Notes: generated by a model not told the origin, from the letters alone. DNA of 63,937 nucleotides, filler included, from Vicugna vicugna (GCA_013265495.1; 78 parts of 75 records of this genome joined end to end with filler, not necessarily neighbours in it); one strand, 5' to 3'; positions 12,149 through 25,182 are shown, counted from the whole stretch's first letter. Program-made: numbers and translations.

Positions 12149-12840
12149 NNNNNNNNNNNNNNNNNNNNNNNNNNNNNNNNNNNNNNNNNNNNTTAATTAA
12201 TTAANNNNNNNNNNNNNNNNNNNNNNNNNNNNNNNNNNNNNNNNNNNNCGAGCCCCGTCTCTGCAGGACAGAAAACAAGTCCGTGAGAGGCTATGCCGAC
12301 CTACCAGTTCTCCATCCCACAGGACTGGTCAATTCAGAGCAGGACTCGAACTCGGACCCACGTTTGTAACCACAGTACTACCGTACTTTATGCCCTTTTT
12401 GTGTGTATAATACATTTGTTTCTGGCATGAAAAGATATGTAATAAACGTTCGGTTGTTTTGTCTATCTCATTAGCTCACAATCTTTATATTTTTGAACTN
12501 NNNNNNNNNNNNNNNNNNNNNNNNNNNNNNNNNNNNNNNNNNNNNNNNNNNNNNNNNNNNNNNNNNNNNNNNNNNNNNNNNNNNNNNNNNNTCTCATCCA
12601 ACAACCTTGGAGAAGGAGCAAATATTCTCTTCATTTTAAAGAGAGGGCTCAAGTGATGGTGACTTACTCAACTCGAAAACGAAGGCTGGGGAAATGCACA
12701 TGCAGCAACCAGAGCAGTATCACCTGTAGGAAGGCAAAAANNNNNNNNNNNNNNNNNNNNNNNNNNNNNNNNNNNNNNNNNNNNTTAATTAATTAANNNN
12801 NNNNNNNNNNNNNNNNNNNNNNNNNNNNNNNNNNNNNNNN

Positions 12841-15152
12841 GAGGGTTTTCCTAATGTCCCTGTGCCAGGGAACGCTAGGGGGTTTGCAGGAATTCCCATT
12901 GTCAGAGGCTGCCTCCCCAATATCAGGGAAGGTATTTCTCGGACTTCCCCGATAAGGGGACACCTGTGACTGAAGAGAGCTGCGTGGAGTTGCCTCTCGA
13001 GTTCCCCCACGCACTGACAACGGTTGCGGAATCCTGAGCGTGGGAAGGTTCCACCAACGGTCGACAGCGCGTGGGTTCTAACGGAATGCCTANNNNNNNN
13101 NNNNNNNNNNNNNNNNNNNNNNNNNNNNNNNNNNNNNNNNNNNNNNNNNNNNNNNNNNNNNNNNNNNNNNNNNNNNNNNNNNNNNNNNNNNNNNNNNNNN
13201 NNNNNNNNNNNNNNNNNNNNNNNNNNNNNNNNNNNNNNNNNNNNNNNNNNNNNNNNNNNNNNNNNNNNNNNNNNNNNNNNNNNNNNNNNNNNNNNNNNNN
13301 NNNNNNNNNNNNNNNNNNNNNNNNNNNNNNNNNNNNNNNNNNNNNNNNNNNNNNNNNNNNNNNNNNNNNNNNNNNNNNNNNNNNNNNNNNNNNNNNNNNN
13401 NNNNNNNNNNNNNNNNNNNNNNNNNNNNNNNNNNNNNNNNNNNNNNNNNNNNNNNNNNNNNNNNNNNNNNNNNNNNNNNNNNNNNNNNNNNNNNNNNNNN
13501 NNNNNNNNNNNNNNNNNNNNNNNNNNNNNNNNNNNNNNNNNNNNNNNNNNNNNNNNNNNNNNNNNNNNNNNNNNNNNNNNNNNNNNNNNNNNNNNNNNNN
13601 NNNNNNNNNNNNNNNNNNNNNNNNNNNNNNNNNNNNNNNNNNNNNNNNNNNNNNNNNNNNNNNNNNNNNNNNNNNNNNNNNNNNNNNNNNNNNNNNNNNN
13701 NNNNNNNNNNNNNNNNNNNNNNNNNNNNNNNNNNNNNNNNNNNNNNNNNNNNNNNNNNNNNNNNNNNNNNNNNNNNNNNNNNNNNNNNNNNNNNNNNNNN
13801 NNNNNNNNNNNNNNNNNNNNNNNNNNNNNNNNNNNNNNNNNNNNNNNNNNNNNNNNNNNNNNNNNNNNNNNNNNNNNNNNNNNNNNNNNNNNNNNNNNNN
13901 NNNNNNNNNNNNNNNNNNNNNNNNNNNNNNNNNNNNNNNNNNNNNNNNNNNNNNNNNNNNNNNNNNNNNNNNNNNNNNNNNNNNNNNNNNNNNNNNNNNN
14001 NNNNNNNNNNNNNNNNNNNNNNNNTGATTGCAGGATATCCCAGTGTCAGATGCTGCCACCCCAAGATAAGGGAAGGCATTTCACGGATTTCCCCGTACAG
14101 GGAACACTGTGACTGAAGAGAGCTGCGTGGAGTTGTCTCTCGAGCTCCCCCACGCACTGACAATTGTTCCGGAATCCTGAGGGTGGGGAGTTTCCACCAA
14201 ATGTCGGCAGCGCGTGGGATCTAACGGAATGCCTAANNNNNNNNNNNNNNNNNNNNNNNNNNNNNNNNNNNNNNNNNNNNNNNNNNNNNNNNNNNNNNNN
14301 NNNNNNNNNNNNNNNNNNNNNNNNNNNNNNNNNNNNNNNNNNNNNNNNNNNNNNNNNNNNNNNNNNNNNNNNNNNNNNNNNNNNNNNNNNNNNNNNNNNN
14401 NNNNNNNNNNNNNNNNNNNNNNNNNNNNNNNNNNNNNNNNNNNNNNNNNNNNNNNNNNNNNNNNNNNNNNNNNNNNNNNNNNNNNNNNNNNNNNNNNNNN
14501 NNNNNNNNNNNNNNNNNNNNNNNNNNNNNNNNNNNNNNNNNNNNNNNNNNNNNNNNNNNNNNNNNNNNNNNNNNNNNNNNNNNNNNNNNNNNNNNNNNNN
14601 NNNNNNNNNNNNNNNNNNNNNNNNNNNNNNNNNNNNNNNNNNNNNNNNNNNNNNNNNNNNNNNNNNNNNNNNNNNNNNNNNNNNNNNNNNNNNNNNNNNN
14701 NNNNNNNNNNNNNNNNNNNNNNNNNNNNNNNNNNNNNNNNNNNNNNNNNNNNNNNNNNNNNNNNNNNNNNNNNNNNNNNNNNNNNNNNNNNNNNNNNNNN
14801 NNNNNNNNNNNNNNNNNNNNNNNNNNNNNNNNNNNNNNNNNNNNNNNNNNNNNNNNNNNNNNNNNNNNNNNNNNNNNNNNNNNNNNNNNNNNNNNNNNNN
14901 NNNNNNNNNNNGTGGGGTTGTCTCTCGAGCTCCCCTACGCACTGACAATTGTTCCGGAATCCTGAGCGTGGGGAGGTTCCACCAACGGTCGGCAGCGCGT
15001 GGGTTCTAACGGAATGCCTCAGCTCGTCTCCCCTGATGGTTTTCCTAATGTCTCTGTGCCAGGGAATGCTAGGTTGATTGTAGGAAATCCCAGTGTCAGA
15101 GGCTGCATCCCGAAGATCAGGGAAGGTATTTCTCGGACTTCCCCGTACAGGG
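12841..15152 (-). repeat. Satellite A (267-bp), gapped scaffold
   Basis: All three sequenced blocks carry A motifs in the same orientation. Confidence 0.93.
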
Positions 15153-15499
15153 NNNNNNNNNNNNNNNNNNNNNNNNNNNNNNNNNNNNNNNNNNNNTTAA
15201 TTAATTAANNNNNNNNNNNNNNNNNNNNNNNNNNNNNNNNNNNNNNNNNNNNACTCTGTTACTGTGATGAGGGCTAGCTGTGGGCCAGGGGCCAGGGATG
15301 TGAAGGGAAAAGCACTCTCCATGGCCCAGAGGAGTGGTTAGGAGGCATCCCCTCCCGCGGTTTAAACAGGTGGTGAGATAGAAGAGAAGGGTGCTCCCCA
15401 AGAGTTTATAAAAGTAGAAATAAGGATTTTCTTTGTGACTTAGACTAGCCAGGAAACACATAAATGATTAGAAGGGAGACTTGTAAATCACTTTGATAT

Positions 15500-15704
15500 T
15501 AATTTAACATTTGTTGAGCACCAAAAGTGTGCTACATTCTTTTCTGAGAGTTTTACAGAAATGAATCCTTCAATGTTCTCAACAAGCGAGTAAGGAAGAT
15601 TTGATTGTTGTCTCAGGTTTACAATGTGGAAATTGAGATGGCATACAGAGGGTAAGTAGGTTGGCCAAAATCACAGAAGTAGTAAGTGGCAGAGCTGGTA
15701 TTTA
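15500..15704 (-). mobile_element. MIR SINE
   Basis: ACATTTGTTGAGCAC ... TTTACAATGTGGAAATTGAG ... GCCAAAATCACAG..GTAGTAAGTGGCAGAGCTGG resembles the antisense MIR core. Confidence 0.75.
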
Positions 15705-15804
15705 NNNNNNNNNNNNNNNNNNNNNNNNNNNNNNNNNNNNNNNNNNNNTTAATTAATTAANNNNNNNNNNNNNNNNNNNNNNNNNNNNNNNNNNNNNNNN
15801 NNNN

Positions 15805-16638
15805 CAGACAGATTTCCACTAGTTGGCCAAAAACTCTCCATTGAAAGAATAGTCTATTCAACAAATGGTTCAGGGACAGCTGGGTATCTGCAGGCAAAAG
15901 AATCAATCTGGAAACTGAACGCCCATATTTTATATAACAAATAAAATTAATTCAAAATAGATCACAGACAGAAATGTAAAAATTAAACCTATACACTTTC
16001 TAAAAGAAGACACAGTATAAATCTTTGTGGGCTTAGGATAGGCTTTTGTTTCCTAGATACAAAACCAAGAGCACAAATGATAGAAGAAAAAAGCAGATAA
16101 ACTGGACTTCATCAAAATTAAAACCTTTTTCTTACAAAGGACATCATCAAGAAAGTGAAATGACAGGGAAAATGGGTATCTCAATTGAGAGAGTGCATGC
16201 TTAAAGGATAAATTAAATAAATCATTACATCTAACTACCTCCCCTGTAAAGAAATTGTTTTAATGTTTAAAAAAAATATAGTGAAAGGACAATGTGAAGA
16301 ATAGATGGAAAATTTTGCAAAGCATGTGTCTAATAAGAGAGTAGTATCCAGGATATATAACGAATGCTTTCAACTGAACAATACAAGGATATAGGTCCAA
16401 TATTTAAATTTACCACGAATTTAAATAGATATACAAATGGACAATAAGCATATGAAAAGATGCTCAGCATCACTAGGGAAATCAAAAACAAAATGAGATC
16501 TCATTTTACACCCACTAGAATGGTTATAACCAAATCATGGACAATAACAAATGTCATTCAGGAGGCAGAGTAACCTCATATGCGGCCAGAGGTAAGGGGC
16601 AATGGTGCAGCTTCTTTGGAGAAGTCTGGTATTTCCTC
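15805..16638 (+). mobile_element. Old LINE-1 ORF2 3' region
   Basis: AATAGTCTATTCAACAAATGG, GATAAACTGGACTTCATCAAAATTAAAA and AAGCATATGAAAAGATGCTCA are typical of L1 ORF2. Confidence 0.88.
16166..16279 (+). mobile_element. Degenerate Vic-1-like SINE inserted into L1
   Basis: Head GGGTATCTCAATTGAGAGAGTGCATGCTTA and tail CTAACTACCTCCCC. Imperfect target-site duplication AGTGAAA(T/G)GACA at 16154-16165 and 16280-16291. Confidence 0.55.
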
Positions 16639-16738
16639 NNNNNNNNNNNNNNNNNNNNNNNNNNNNNNNNNNNNNNNNNNNNTTAATTAATTAANNNNNN
16701 NNNNNNNNNNNNNNNNNNNNNNNNNNNNNNNNNNNNNN

Positions 16739-17753
16739 TCGAATCCGTCATGCATGTAGCATGTACGAAACCCGGAATGCTCTGTTAATGGAATTCATGT
16801 AAATTATATATCTATTAGGTGGAAATTGCTCCAGAAGTATTTTTCTATGAAAAATGCACAAATTCGAAAATGGTGTTAGGGGAAGCTTGTGAAAATGATT
16901 ACACGTGTCTAGATGAAACTCTTCCTTTTATAGAGGATGAAAGATCAGTAATCCACATGCTCTCAACTCATGAATGCATGTTTCTCAAATCCGTCATGCA
17001 TGTAGCATGAACGGAACACGAAATATCATTTAGACGGAATCAATTCAAATTACATAGCTCTAGGGTTCTATTCGCTCCAAGGTTGTTTTCCTTGGATCAA
17101 AGTGTGATTCTTGATACTGGTGACAGGCAGAAGCAATGAAGTCAAAGTAAATATATCAAACTGCATAGGTACCCTGTTATGGTTGAAACATAATTCATGC
17201 GCATGTTCACAACTCAGAAATGCATGTTTGAGGAATCCGTGTTGCATGAAACATGTTNNNNNNNNNNNNNNNNNNNNNNNNNNNNNNNNNNNNNNNNNNN
17301 NNNNNNNNNNNNNNNNNNNNNNNNNNNNNNNNNNNNNNNNNNNNNNNNNNNNNNNNNNNNNNNNNNNNNNNNNNNNNNNNNNNNNNNNNNNNNNNNNNNN
17401 NNNNNNNNNNNNNNNNNNNNNNNNNNNNNNNNNNNNNNNNNNNNNNNNNNNNNNNNNNNNNNNNNNNNNNNNNNNNNNNNNNNNNNNNNNNNNNNNNNNN
17501 NNNNNNNNNNNNNNNNNNNNNNNNNNNNNNNNNNNNNNNNNNNNNNNNNNNNNNNNNNNNNNNNNNNNNNNNNNNNNNNNNNNNNNNNNNNNNNNNNNNN
17601 NNNNNNNNNNNNNNNNNNNNNNNNNNNNNNNNNNNNNNNNNNNNNNNNNNNNNNNNNNNNNNNNNNATAGAATAGAAAAGATCAGTATTTCACATGCTCT
17701 CAACTCATGAATGCATATTTGTCTAATCCGTCATGCATGTAGCTTGTACGGAA
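16739..17753 (+). repeat. Satellite D
   Basis: The ATTAYAT anchor lies at 16803 and 17049 (246 bp apart). Confidence 0.92.
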
Positions 17754-19866
17754 NNNNNNNNNNNNNNNNNNNNNNNNNNNNNNNNNNNNNNNNNNNNTTA
17801 ATTAATTAANNNNNNNNNNNNNNNNNNNNNNNNNNNNNNNNNNNNNNNNNNNNAGGTTGTGAATTTGGTGATTTCCTTTAACACTTGTAACTCTGTGTAA
17901 CATGGACAGTTATTTTCATGGACAGATGATGAATCTCAGGGTAAAAAAGACTGTGTAATTTGCCCAAAGTCAGACCATAATTTTGGGTGCAGGGGCCTCG
18001 GTTCAGCATGGGCCCTTGGGCCTTCTGCCCTCTCCNNNNNNNNNNNNNNNNNNNNNNNNNNNNNNNNNNNNNNNNNNNNNNNNNNNNNNNNNNNNNNNNN
18101 NNNNNNNNNNNNNNNNNNNNNNNNNNNNNNNNNNNNNNNNNNNNNNNNNNNNNNNNNNNNNNNNNNNNNNNNNNNNNNNNNNNNNNNNNNNNNNNNNNNN
18201 NNNNNNNNNNNNNNNNNNNNNNNNNNNNNNNNNNNNNNNNNNNNNNNNNNNNNNNNNNNNNNNNNNNNNNNNNNNNNNNNNNNNNNNNNNNNNNNNNNNN
18301 NNNNNNNNNNNNNNNNNNNNNNNNNNNNNNNNNNNNNNNNNNNNNNNNNNNNNNNNNNNNNNNNNNNNNNNNNNNNNNNNNNNNNNNNNNNNNNNNNNNN
18401 NNNNNNNNNNNNNNNNNNNNNNNNNNNNNNNNNNNNNNNNNNNNNNNNNNNNNNNNNNNNNNNNNNNNNNNNNNNNNNNNNNNNNNNNNNNNNNNNNNNN
18501 NNNNNNNNNNNNNNNNNNNNNNNNNNNNNNNNNNNNNNNNNNNNNNNNNNNNNNNNNNNNNNNNNNNNNNNNNNNNNNNNNNNNNNNNNNNNNNNNNNNN
18601 NNNNNNNNNNNNNNNNNNNNNNNNNNNNNNNNNNNNNNNNNNNNNNNNNNNNNNNNNNNNNNNNNNNNNNNNNNNNNNNNNNNNNNNNNNNNNNNNNNNN
18701 NNNNNNNNNNNNNNNNNNNNNNNNNNNNNNNNNNNNNNNNNNNNNNNNNNNNNNNNNNNNNNNNNNNNNNNNNNNNNNNNNNNNNNNNNNNNNNNNNNNN
18801 NNNNNNNNNNNNNNNNNNNNNNNNNNNNNNNNNNNNNNNNNNNNNNNNNNNNNNNNNNNNNNNNNNNNNNNNNNNNNNNNNNNNNNNNNNNNNNNNNNNN
18901 NNNNNNNNNNNNNNNNNNNNNNNNNNNNNNNNNNNNNNNNNNNNNNNNNNNNNNNNNNNNNNNNNNNNNNNNNNNNNNNNNNNNNNNNNNNNNNNNNNNN
19001 NNNNNNNNNNNNNNNNNNNNNNNNNNNNNNGAAGTTCAGCATCAGAGGGGTGGGAGACTCAGGAAAGGCTTTTTTTAGGTAACAAGGGGAAAGTGAAAGG
19101 ACACAGGCTGTGTGAGAAAGAAACATCTCAGTCCCAGCCAGTAAGGCACCTGTGTTCAGGACGGTGTGTGGAGAGTGCAGAATTCTCACAAAGAAATAAA
19201 TGGTGTGATTGGAGGGAGGACAGTAGGGTATTTAACTGGGGAGGGAAAAAGTGGGCTGAACTTTCCCTGGNNNNNNNNNNNNNNNNNNNNNNNNNNNNNN
19301 NNNNNNNNNNNNNNTTAATTAATTAANNNNNNNNNNNNNNNNNNNNNNNNNNNNNNNNNNNNNNNNNNNNATACTCAACTGGAGAATTCTGCCACTGGCT
19401 AGAATGACAGATTCATTGTAAATGTCCAAGTACAGCACTAAGAAGATTTAAGTTTCCCTTTTGTATGTGAAACACTGAGATCATGCTCCTTACATGCAGC
19501 TTGCTTGCGGGGTAATTGGAGTAGGTGATCAGGGCAATCACACTACCTGTNNNNNNNNNNNNNNNNNNNNNNNNNNNNNNNNNNNNNNNNNNNNNNNNNN
19601 NNNNNNNNNNNNNNNNNNNNNNNNNNNNNNNNNNNNNNNATACATATATATTATTATATATAGATATATATAATATATCTCCTTATTTAGTTTAATTCAA
19701 TTAAACTTTTGGATAAACTATGCAGTCTTATAGTCTGTCAGACAACCTGATGTTACAGGACAGGTANNNNNNNNNNNNNNNNNNNNNNNNNNNNNNNNNN
19801 NNNNNNNNNNTTAATTAATTAANNNNNNNNNNNNNNNNNNNNNNNNNNNNNNNNNNNNNNNNNNNN

Positions 19867-19923
19867 GGGTCAATGCTACTTCACACCAAGGAATGCTAAG
19901 GACTGCCAGAAAACCACCAGAAA
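19867..19923 (+). mobile_element. MLT1-type MaLR LTR fragment
   Basis: CCAAGGAATGCTAAGGACTGCCAGAAAACCACCAGAA resembles MLT1; the fragment is short. Confidence 0.55.
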
Positions 19924-22381
19924 NNNNNNNNNNNNNNNNNNNNNNNNNNNNNNNNNNNNNNNNNNNNTTAATTAATTAANNNNNNNNNNNNNNNNNNNNN
20001 NNNNNNNNNNNNNNNNNNNNNNNATTGCAGTTAGGGCCACACCTGCCACAGGTTTTTCTGTGTGCATCAAGGGTAAGTACATGTGCAAAGGGAACAAACA
20101 TGATTAAGCTTTCCAGGGGCAAGAGCCATCCATCAATCAAAAGACCACCCCTAAGCAAGGATATAAGAGAAAGAGGCAAAGATCACTGTTTTTCCTCCCT
20201 TGGATCAGCCTGCCTCCTGTCCTTGGGGATGTANNNNNNNNNNNNNNNNNNNNNNNNNNNNNNNNNNNNNNNNNNNNNNNNNNNNNNNNNNNNNNNNNNN
20301 NNNNNNNNNNNNNNNNNNNNNNNNNNNNNNNNNNNNNNNNNNNNNNNNNNNNNNNNNNNNNNNNNNNNNNNNNNNNNNNNNNNNNNNNNNNNNNNNNNNN
20401 NNNNNNNNNNNNNNNNNNNNNNNNNNNNNNNNNNNNNNNNNNNNNNNNNNNNNNNNNNNNNNNNNNNNNNNNNNNNNNNNNNNNNNNNNNNNNNNNNNNN
20501 NNNNNNNNNNNNNNNNNNNNNNNNNNNNNNNNNNNNNNNNNNNNNNNNNNNNNNNNNNNNNNNNNNNNNNNNNNNNNNNNNNNNNNNNNNNNNNNNNNNN
20601 NNNNNNNNNNNNNNNNNNNNNNNNNNNNNNNNNNNNNNNNNNNNNNNNNNNNNNNNNAAATATTATAGGAATGACTTGTGCTGGATGTTGAATAATGTAG
20701 ATTTCAGATGAGAACAGCTATACAGGAGGGAGCCCAGCTTGGAGAGTAGAATATTTCTATTCTATTTCATAGGGATAGTAGAGGCAAAATCTCTATTCAT
20801 TTCTCNNNNNNNNNNNNNNNNNNNNNNNNNNNNNNNNNNNNNNNNNNNNTTAATTAATTAANNNNNNNNNNNNNNNNNNNNNNNNNNNNNNNNNNNNNNN
20901 NNNNNAGAAACCGATCATCCTGCACGTGGTGTAAGACACCACGATGAGCCTCCGGGGACCTCTGCAGTCCGTCCATTGCTTCGGGCTGCACTGAGAGATT
21001 GGTAACGGTTGAGATTTTCACGTAGAGGTGCGTGTATGCTCGGTTCATTTAAACTAGTGGCTACCAGAGCATGTTGGAGAACACATTTGTTCTCACCTTC
21101 TAGCCAGTGACCCTCCCACCAGGATTCTGTCCTGCTGTTTATTTCCACGTTATTTTCCAAGACTTCTGGAGGAAATGTAAGCAGCCTGATGCTCAAATGC
21201 TTTTCTGTGTGATTCCCCCCTTGTTCTTTGAAGGAACAATATATTGCCTAGAGAAGAGTGGACCAAATTCCAACCCTGCAATTCTTTAAAGCTCTGAGAT
21301 TTGGTGTTAGAAAATAGAAGAAAATTCCAGAAACACCCTTAAGAAACATTATTTCTTTCAAATGTGATTTGGAGCAGCAAAAAAAGGACAATATTTTATA
21401 GAACAATTTTTAAGACAACTGAATTGGCAGTAAGTTCACATAATGAAACATCCAACAAGTCTTTATATTTCTCCTGGAAATTCCTTGGTTTTTGGTGTAA
21501 ATTATTAATAATTAATATCAGCTTTCTATTCTTTCTCTTCCTGTAGTTGTAGAGTTAACGTGAAAATAGCTTGTTGATTCACTGAGAAAGCCTCCTGGTC
21601 AGCCTTCTAATTAAACAGCTCATGTGCGTTTTGGTGGCAGGTGTGCTAAATAGTAGTTTTTAGGCACTTGAGAGATGCCCATCACACCAGCACTGCGGGA
21701 GCCTATTTCTCACCCACGNNNNNNNNNNNNNNNNNNNNNNNNNNNNNNNNNNNNNNNNNNNNTTAATTAATTAANNNNNNNNNNNNNNNNNNNNNNNNNN
21801 NNNNNNNNNNNNNNNNNNTTTTGTACCAGTTGACTGTTGCCAATGTGTCTCAAAGTTACCTACAAAGTTACATACGATACAATGTGTATCAAAGTCACAT
21901 TTTCAAATCATTATTTTGGCAGTTTATTACAGATCACAATATTGCCACAGCTTTATTATGAAGTTCTGTTTTTACGTGCATTTTTAGGAAATCTTCCCCC
22001 AAAGGGCAGCTTGAATTTCAAGAGTNNNNNNNNNNNNNNNNNNNNNNNNNNNNNNNNNNNNNNNNNNNNNNNNNNNNNNNNNCTCAGGAAAGCTTTTATT
22101 GGCATCGTGCCACTGTCTCTCCTAGGACTGCTACGTATATTCCAAAACACCAGATTAAAAAATGAATAATTAAAATTAAGTTTAAAAAACGAAAAATAGT
22201 GTAGAGTGTTAATATCAGCTGAAGGAGTTATGAAATAAATTGATGCAAAGGATGTGAGATTGGTAGGGTCACTGGGGTAACATTCCTAAGAGTTAAGCTG
22301 AATAACAAAATGCTTCCTTAATTCCTCCACTTCTGATAGAGTAACTCGGCCTTCATATTTCCCAGCTGTTTAAATGATCAA

Positions 22382-22535
22382 GGGGGCAGGGTACAGCTCA
22401 GGGGTACAGCACATGCTTAGCATGCACGAGGTCCTGGGTTCAATCCCCAGGCAAAAAATAAATAAATAAACCTCATTACCTATCCTATCAAACAAAACAA
22501 ATAAATAAAAACAAAAATAATTTAATTTAAAATAA
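22382..22535 (+). mobile_element. Camelid tRNA-derived SINE (Vic-1-like)
   Basis: GGGGCAGGGTACAGCTCAGGGGTA...CATGCTTAGCATGCACGAGGTCCTGGGTTCAATCCCCAG carries Pol III A and B boxes, followed by an A-rich (AAAT)n tail. Confidence 0.88.
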
Positions 22536-22724
22536 AAGAATCATTGCTCTGAATTCCCCTACTCTTTCCTTTCTCTGTCTATCCTCATCNNNNNNNNNNN
22601 NNNNNNNNNNNNNNNNNNNNNNNNNNNNNNNNNTTAATTAATTAANNNNNNNNNNNNNNNNNNNNNNNNNNNNNNNNNNNNNNNNNNNNTGTCCCATTAC
22701 AGAATTGACGATTTGTGTCTATTC

Positions 22725-22897
22725 TGGGACTTGAATGAAATAAACATGTAGCCTAAAATTTAAGAGTTATGTTTTATTTGTCGGGAGGACTCGAGCCAGG
22801 ATGACCGCCTCTCAGATCACTCTGGGGGACTGCTCCCAATAGTAGGGGAGAAGCTAGGATTACATAGGAGCTTTACAACAAAGACCAGGTCAGGTAN
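22725..22897 (-). mobile_element. ERV1 LTR 3' end, MER41-like (cetartiodactyl type)
   Basis: CCTAAAA...GAGTTATGTTTTATTTG ... GCCTCTCAGAT...TCTG.GGGACTGCTCC resembles artiodactyl MER41-like LTRs; AATAAA on the minus strand at 22773-22778. Confidence 0.7.
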
Positions 22898-23480
22898 NNN
22901 NNNNNNNNNNNNNNNNNNNNNNNNNNNNNNNNNNNNNNNNNNNNNNNNNNNNNNNNNNNNNNNNNNNNNNNNNNNNNNNNNNNNNNNNNNNNNNNNNNNN
23001 NNNNNNNNNNNNNNNNNNNNNNNNNNNNNNNNNNNNNNNNNNNNNNNNNNNNNNNNNNNNNNNNNNNNNNNNNNNNNNNNNNNNNNNNNNNNNNNNNNNN
23101 NNNNNNNNNNNNNNNNNNNNNNNNNNNNNNNNNNNNNNNNNNNNNNNNNNNNNNNNNNNNNNNNNNNNNNNNNNNNNNNNNNNNNNNNNNNNNNNNNNNN
23201 NNNNNNNNNNNNNNNNNNNNNNNNNNNNNNNNNNNNNNNNNNNNNNNNNNNNNNNNNNNNNNNNNNNNNNNNNNNNNNNNNNNNNNNNNNNNNNNNNNNN
23301 NNNNNNNNNNNNNNNNNNNNNNNNNNNNNNNNNNNNNNNNNNNNNNNNNNNNNNNNNNNNNNNNNNNNNNNNNNNNNNNNNNNNNNNNNNNNNNNNNNNN
23401 NNNNNNNNNNNNNNNNNNNNNNNNNNNNNNNNNNNNNNNNNNNNNNNNNNNNNNNNNNNNNNNNNNNNNNNNNNNNNNNN

Positions 23481-23789
23481 TTTCTTCAAGATGCTTAGCC
23501 ACCATCAATCTTGTAGGCCTAGTTACGCATTGGGAAATGTAAGAGACAACAATTTTATAAAATAGACAGTATATAAGTAATACAGCTAGTAACGTTAATA
23601 ATGTCACAAGTAAGAATTTAATACTCGAGAAGTTATATTTTGGGTTAAAATTTTGCTTGTGTTTCTGATTGAGTCTGAATGATCTTATGAGGAAGTTCAT
23701 ATTTATGATCAGGCTAATAACAGTTATTAATTGGCCAGGTGATTTCTCCCACCATGTAAGATCAACAGTGGCCTAAATAGAACTATAAT
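23481..23789 (-). pseudogene. ERV env remnant (transmembrane anchor and cytoplasmic tail) upstream of the LTR
   Basis: Minus frame FLLVTLLTLLAVLLIYCLFYKIVVSYISQCVTRPTRLMV is a hydrophobic helix plus tail, located 5' of the LTR on the same strand and scaffold. Confidence 0.55.
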
Positions 23790-23889
23790 NNNNNNNNNNN
23801 NNNNNNNNNNNNNNNNNNNNNNNNNNNNNNNNNTTAATTAATTAANNNNNNNNNNNNNNNNNNNNNNNNNNNNNNNNNNNNNNNNNNNN

Positions 23890-24575
23890 GCTCAGGTATC
23901 CTGATTGTGGGGAGTCTCCTCCAAATGACAGCAGTGCCTGGGATCTAATAGAATCCCTTAGCTTTCCTTCCCTAATGGCATGCCTAGGCTGGAGTGTGGG
24001 GGAAAGTGGGGTTTGTCTCGATACAAAGTATTAGCGAGAGCCTATCCATGGGATGTGGGTTTTTAACCTACAACCCACAACCATGGAATAAATGTGCCCC
24101 CTGAAAGATGCTTTGACTGTTTCCCTACATCCTGCACACACACGAAGATGTGTTCTGGTATTCTGAGTGTTGGGAGTTTCCTCAAACTGACAGCAGCACC
24201 TGGGTTCTATTAGTATCACACAACTTCTGTTCCCTGAGAGTTCTTTTAGGCCAGGCCATGAGGATTAAAAATTGGGGGTTGGGCTTGGAGGCCAAGTAGC
24301 AGTGAGTGCCCCCTGATCCATTGAGGAAGTACTTAGAGGATCTCCCGAAACGTAACACCTTTTCCTCCATTCATCTGGGTGCAGTGGGGCTGCACATCTC
24401 TCCCACACCTAAGAATGTGTTCTGGAATTCTGAGTGCAGGGAAGTTCCTCCAACTGACAGCAGCGCCTGGGTTCTAATTGAATCCCTTTGCTTGTCTTCC
24501 CTGTTGGAAAGACTAGGCGGGAGTGCGGGTAACAGTGTGGTTTGGGCTCCGAAACCAAGTATTTGCGATGACCTC
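23890..24575 (-). repeat. Satellite C (HOR relative of A)
   Basis: GACAGCAG anchor at 23927, 24189 and 24456 (262 and 267 bp). Confidence 0.92.
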
Positions 24576-25182
24576 NNNNNNNNNNNNNNNNNNNNNNNNN
24601 NNNNNNNNNNNNNNNNNNNTTAATTAATTAANNNNNNNNNNNNNNNNNNNNNNNNNNNNNNNNNNNNNNNNNNNNTCATGTGCATTTTTTCTTTGCTTTT
24701 GTTTTCTTAACTGTTAACAGTCATTTTTTTATTAAAAAAAAAGTAAGGCCCCAAAAAGTATAGAACACTGAAGGGGCAAACAAAATTAAAGGACAAAGAC
24801 AGAAAAATGATAACTACTCTACAAAGTTAATATAATACATACACTATGTATCAGATCATCAATTCTCAGTAACAGCTAATTGAAACATGACCATGAGGTA
24901 AAATTTCTCTCCTGTCAGGACATGGCCAACAGAAAATACAATTAAACCAACAACAAACTACTAAGTCTGGCGAGGTACAGAAGTCTACAAGCTAAATGTG
25001 TCTTCTTCTGGAAAAGAGGAAGTCTCACCAGCTCTTATCTGTGGAGCCTGAGCCCACGGGAGGACGGTGAAGTGAGCTCTGTNNNNNNNNNNNNNNNNNN
25101 NNNNNNNNNNNNNNNNNNNNNNNNNNTTAATTAATTAANNNNNNNNNNNNNNNNNNNNNNNNNNNNNNNNNNNNNNNNNNNN

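Noticed and set aside
12923..19326. Long ORFs (300-450 aa) in the supplied track
   Set aside because: They are open only because they run through N gaps; the flanking residues are satellite or non-coding DNA.
20906..20934. Possible terminal coding exon (KPIILHVV-stop) followed by a 3' UTR
   Set aside because: Only eight codons at a scaffold edge; it cannot be assigned to a gene.
22382..22452. tRNA gene
   Set aside because: Pol III boxes are present, but there is no intact acceptor stem, an A-rich tail follows and other degenerate copies exist, so it is a tRNA-derived SINE.
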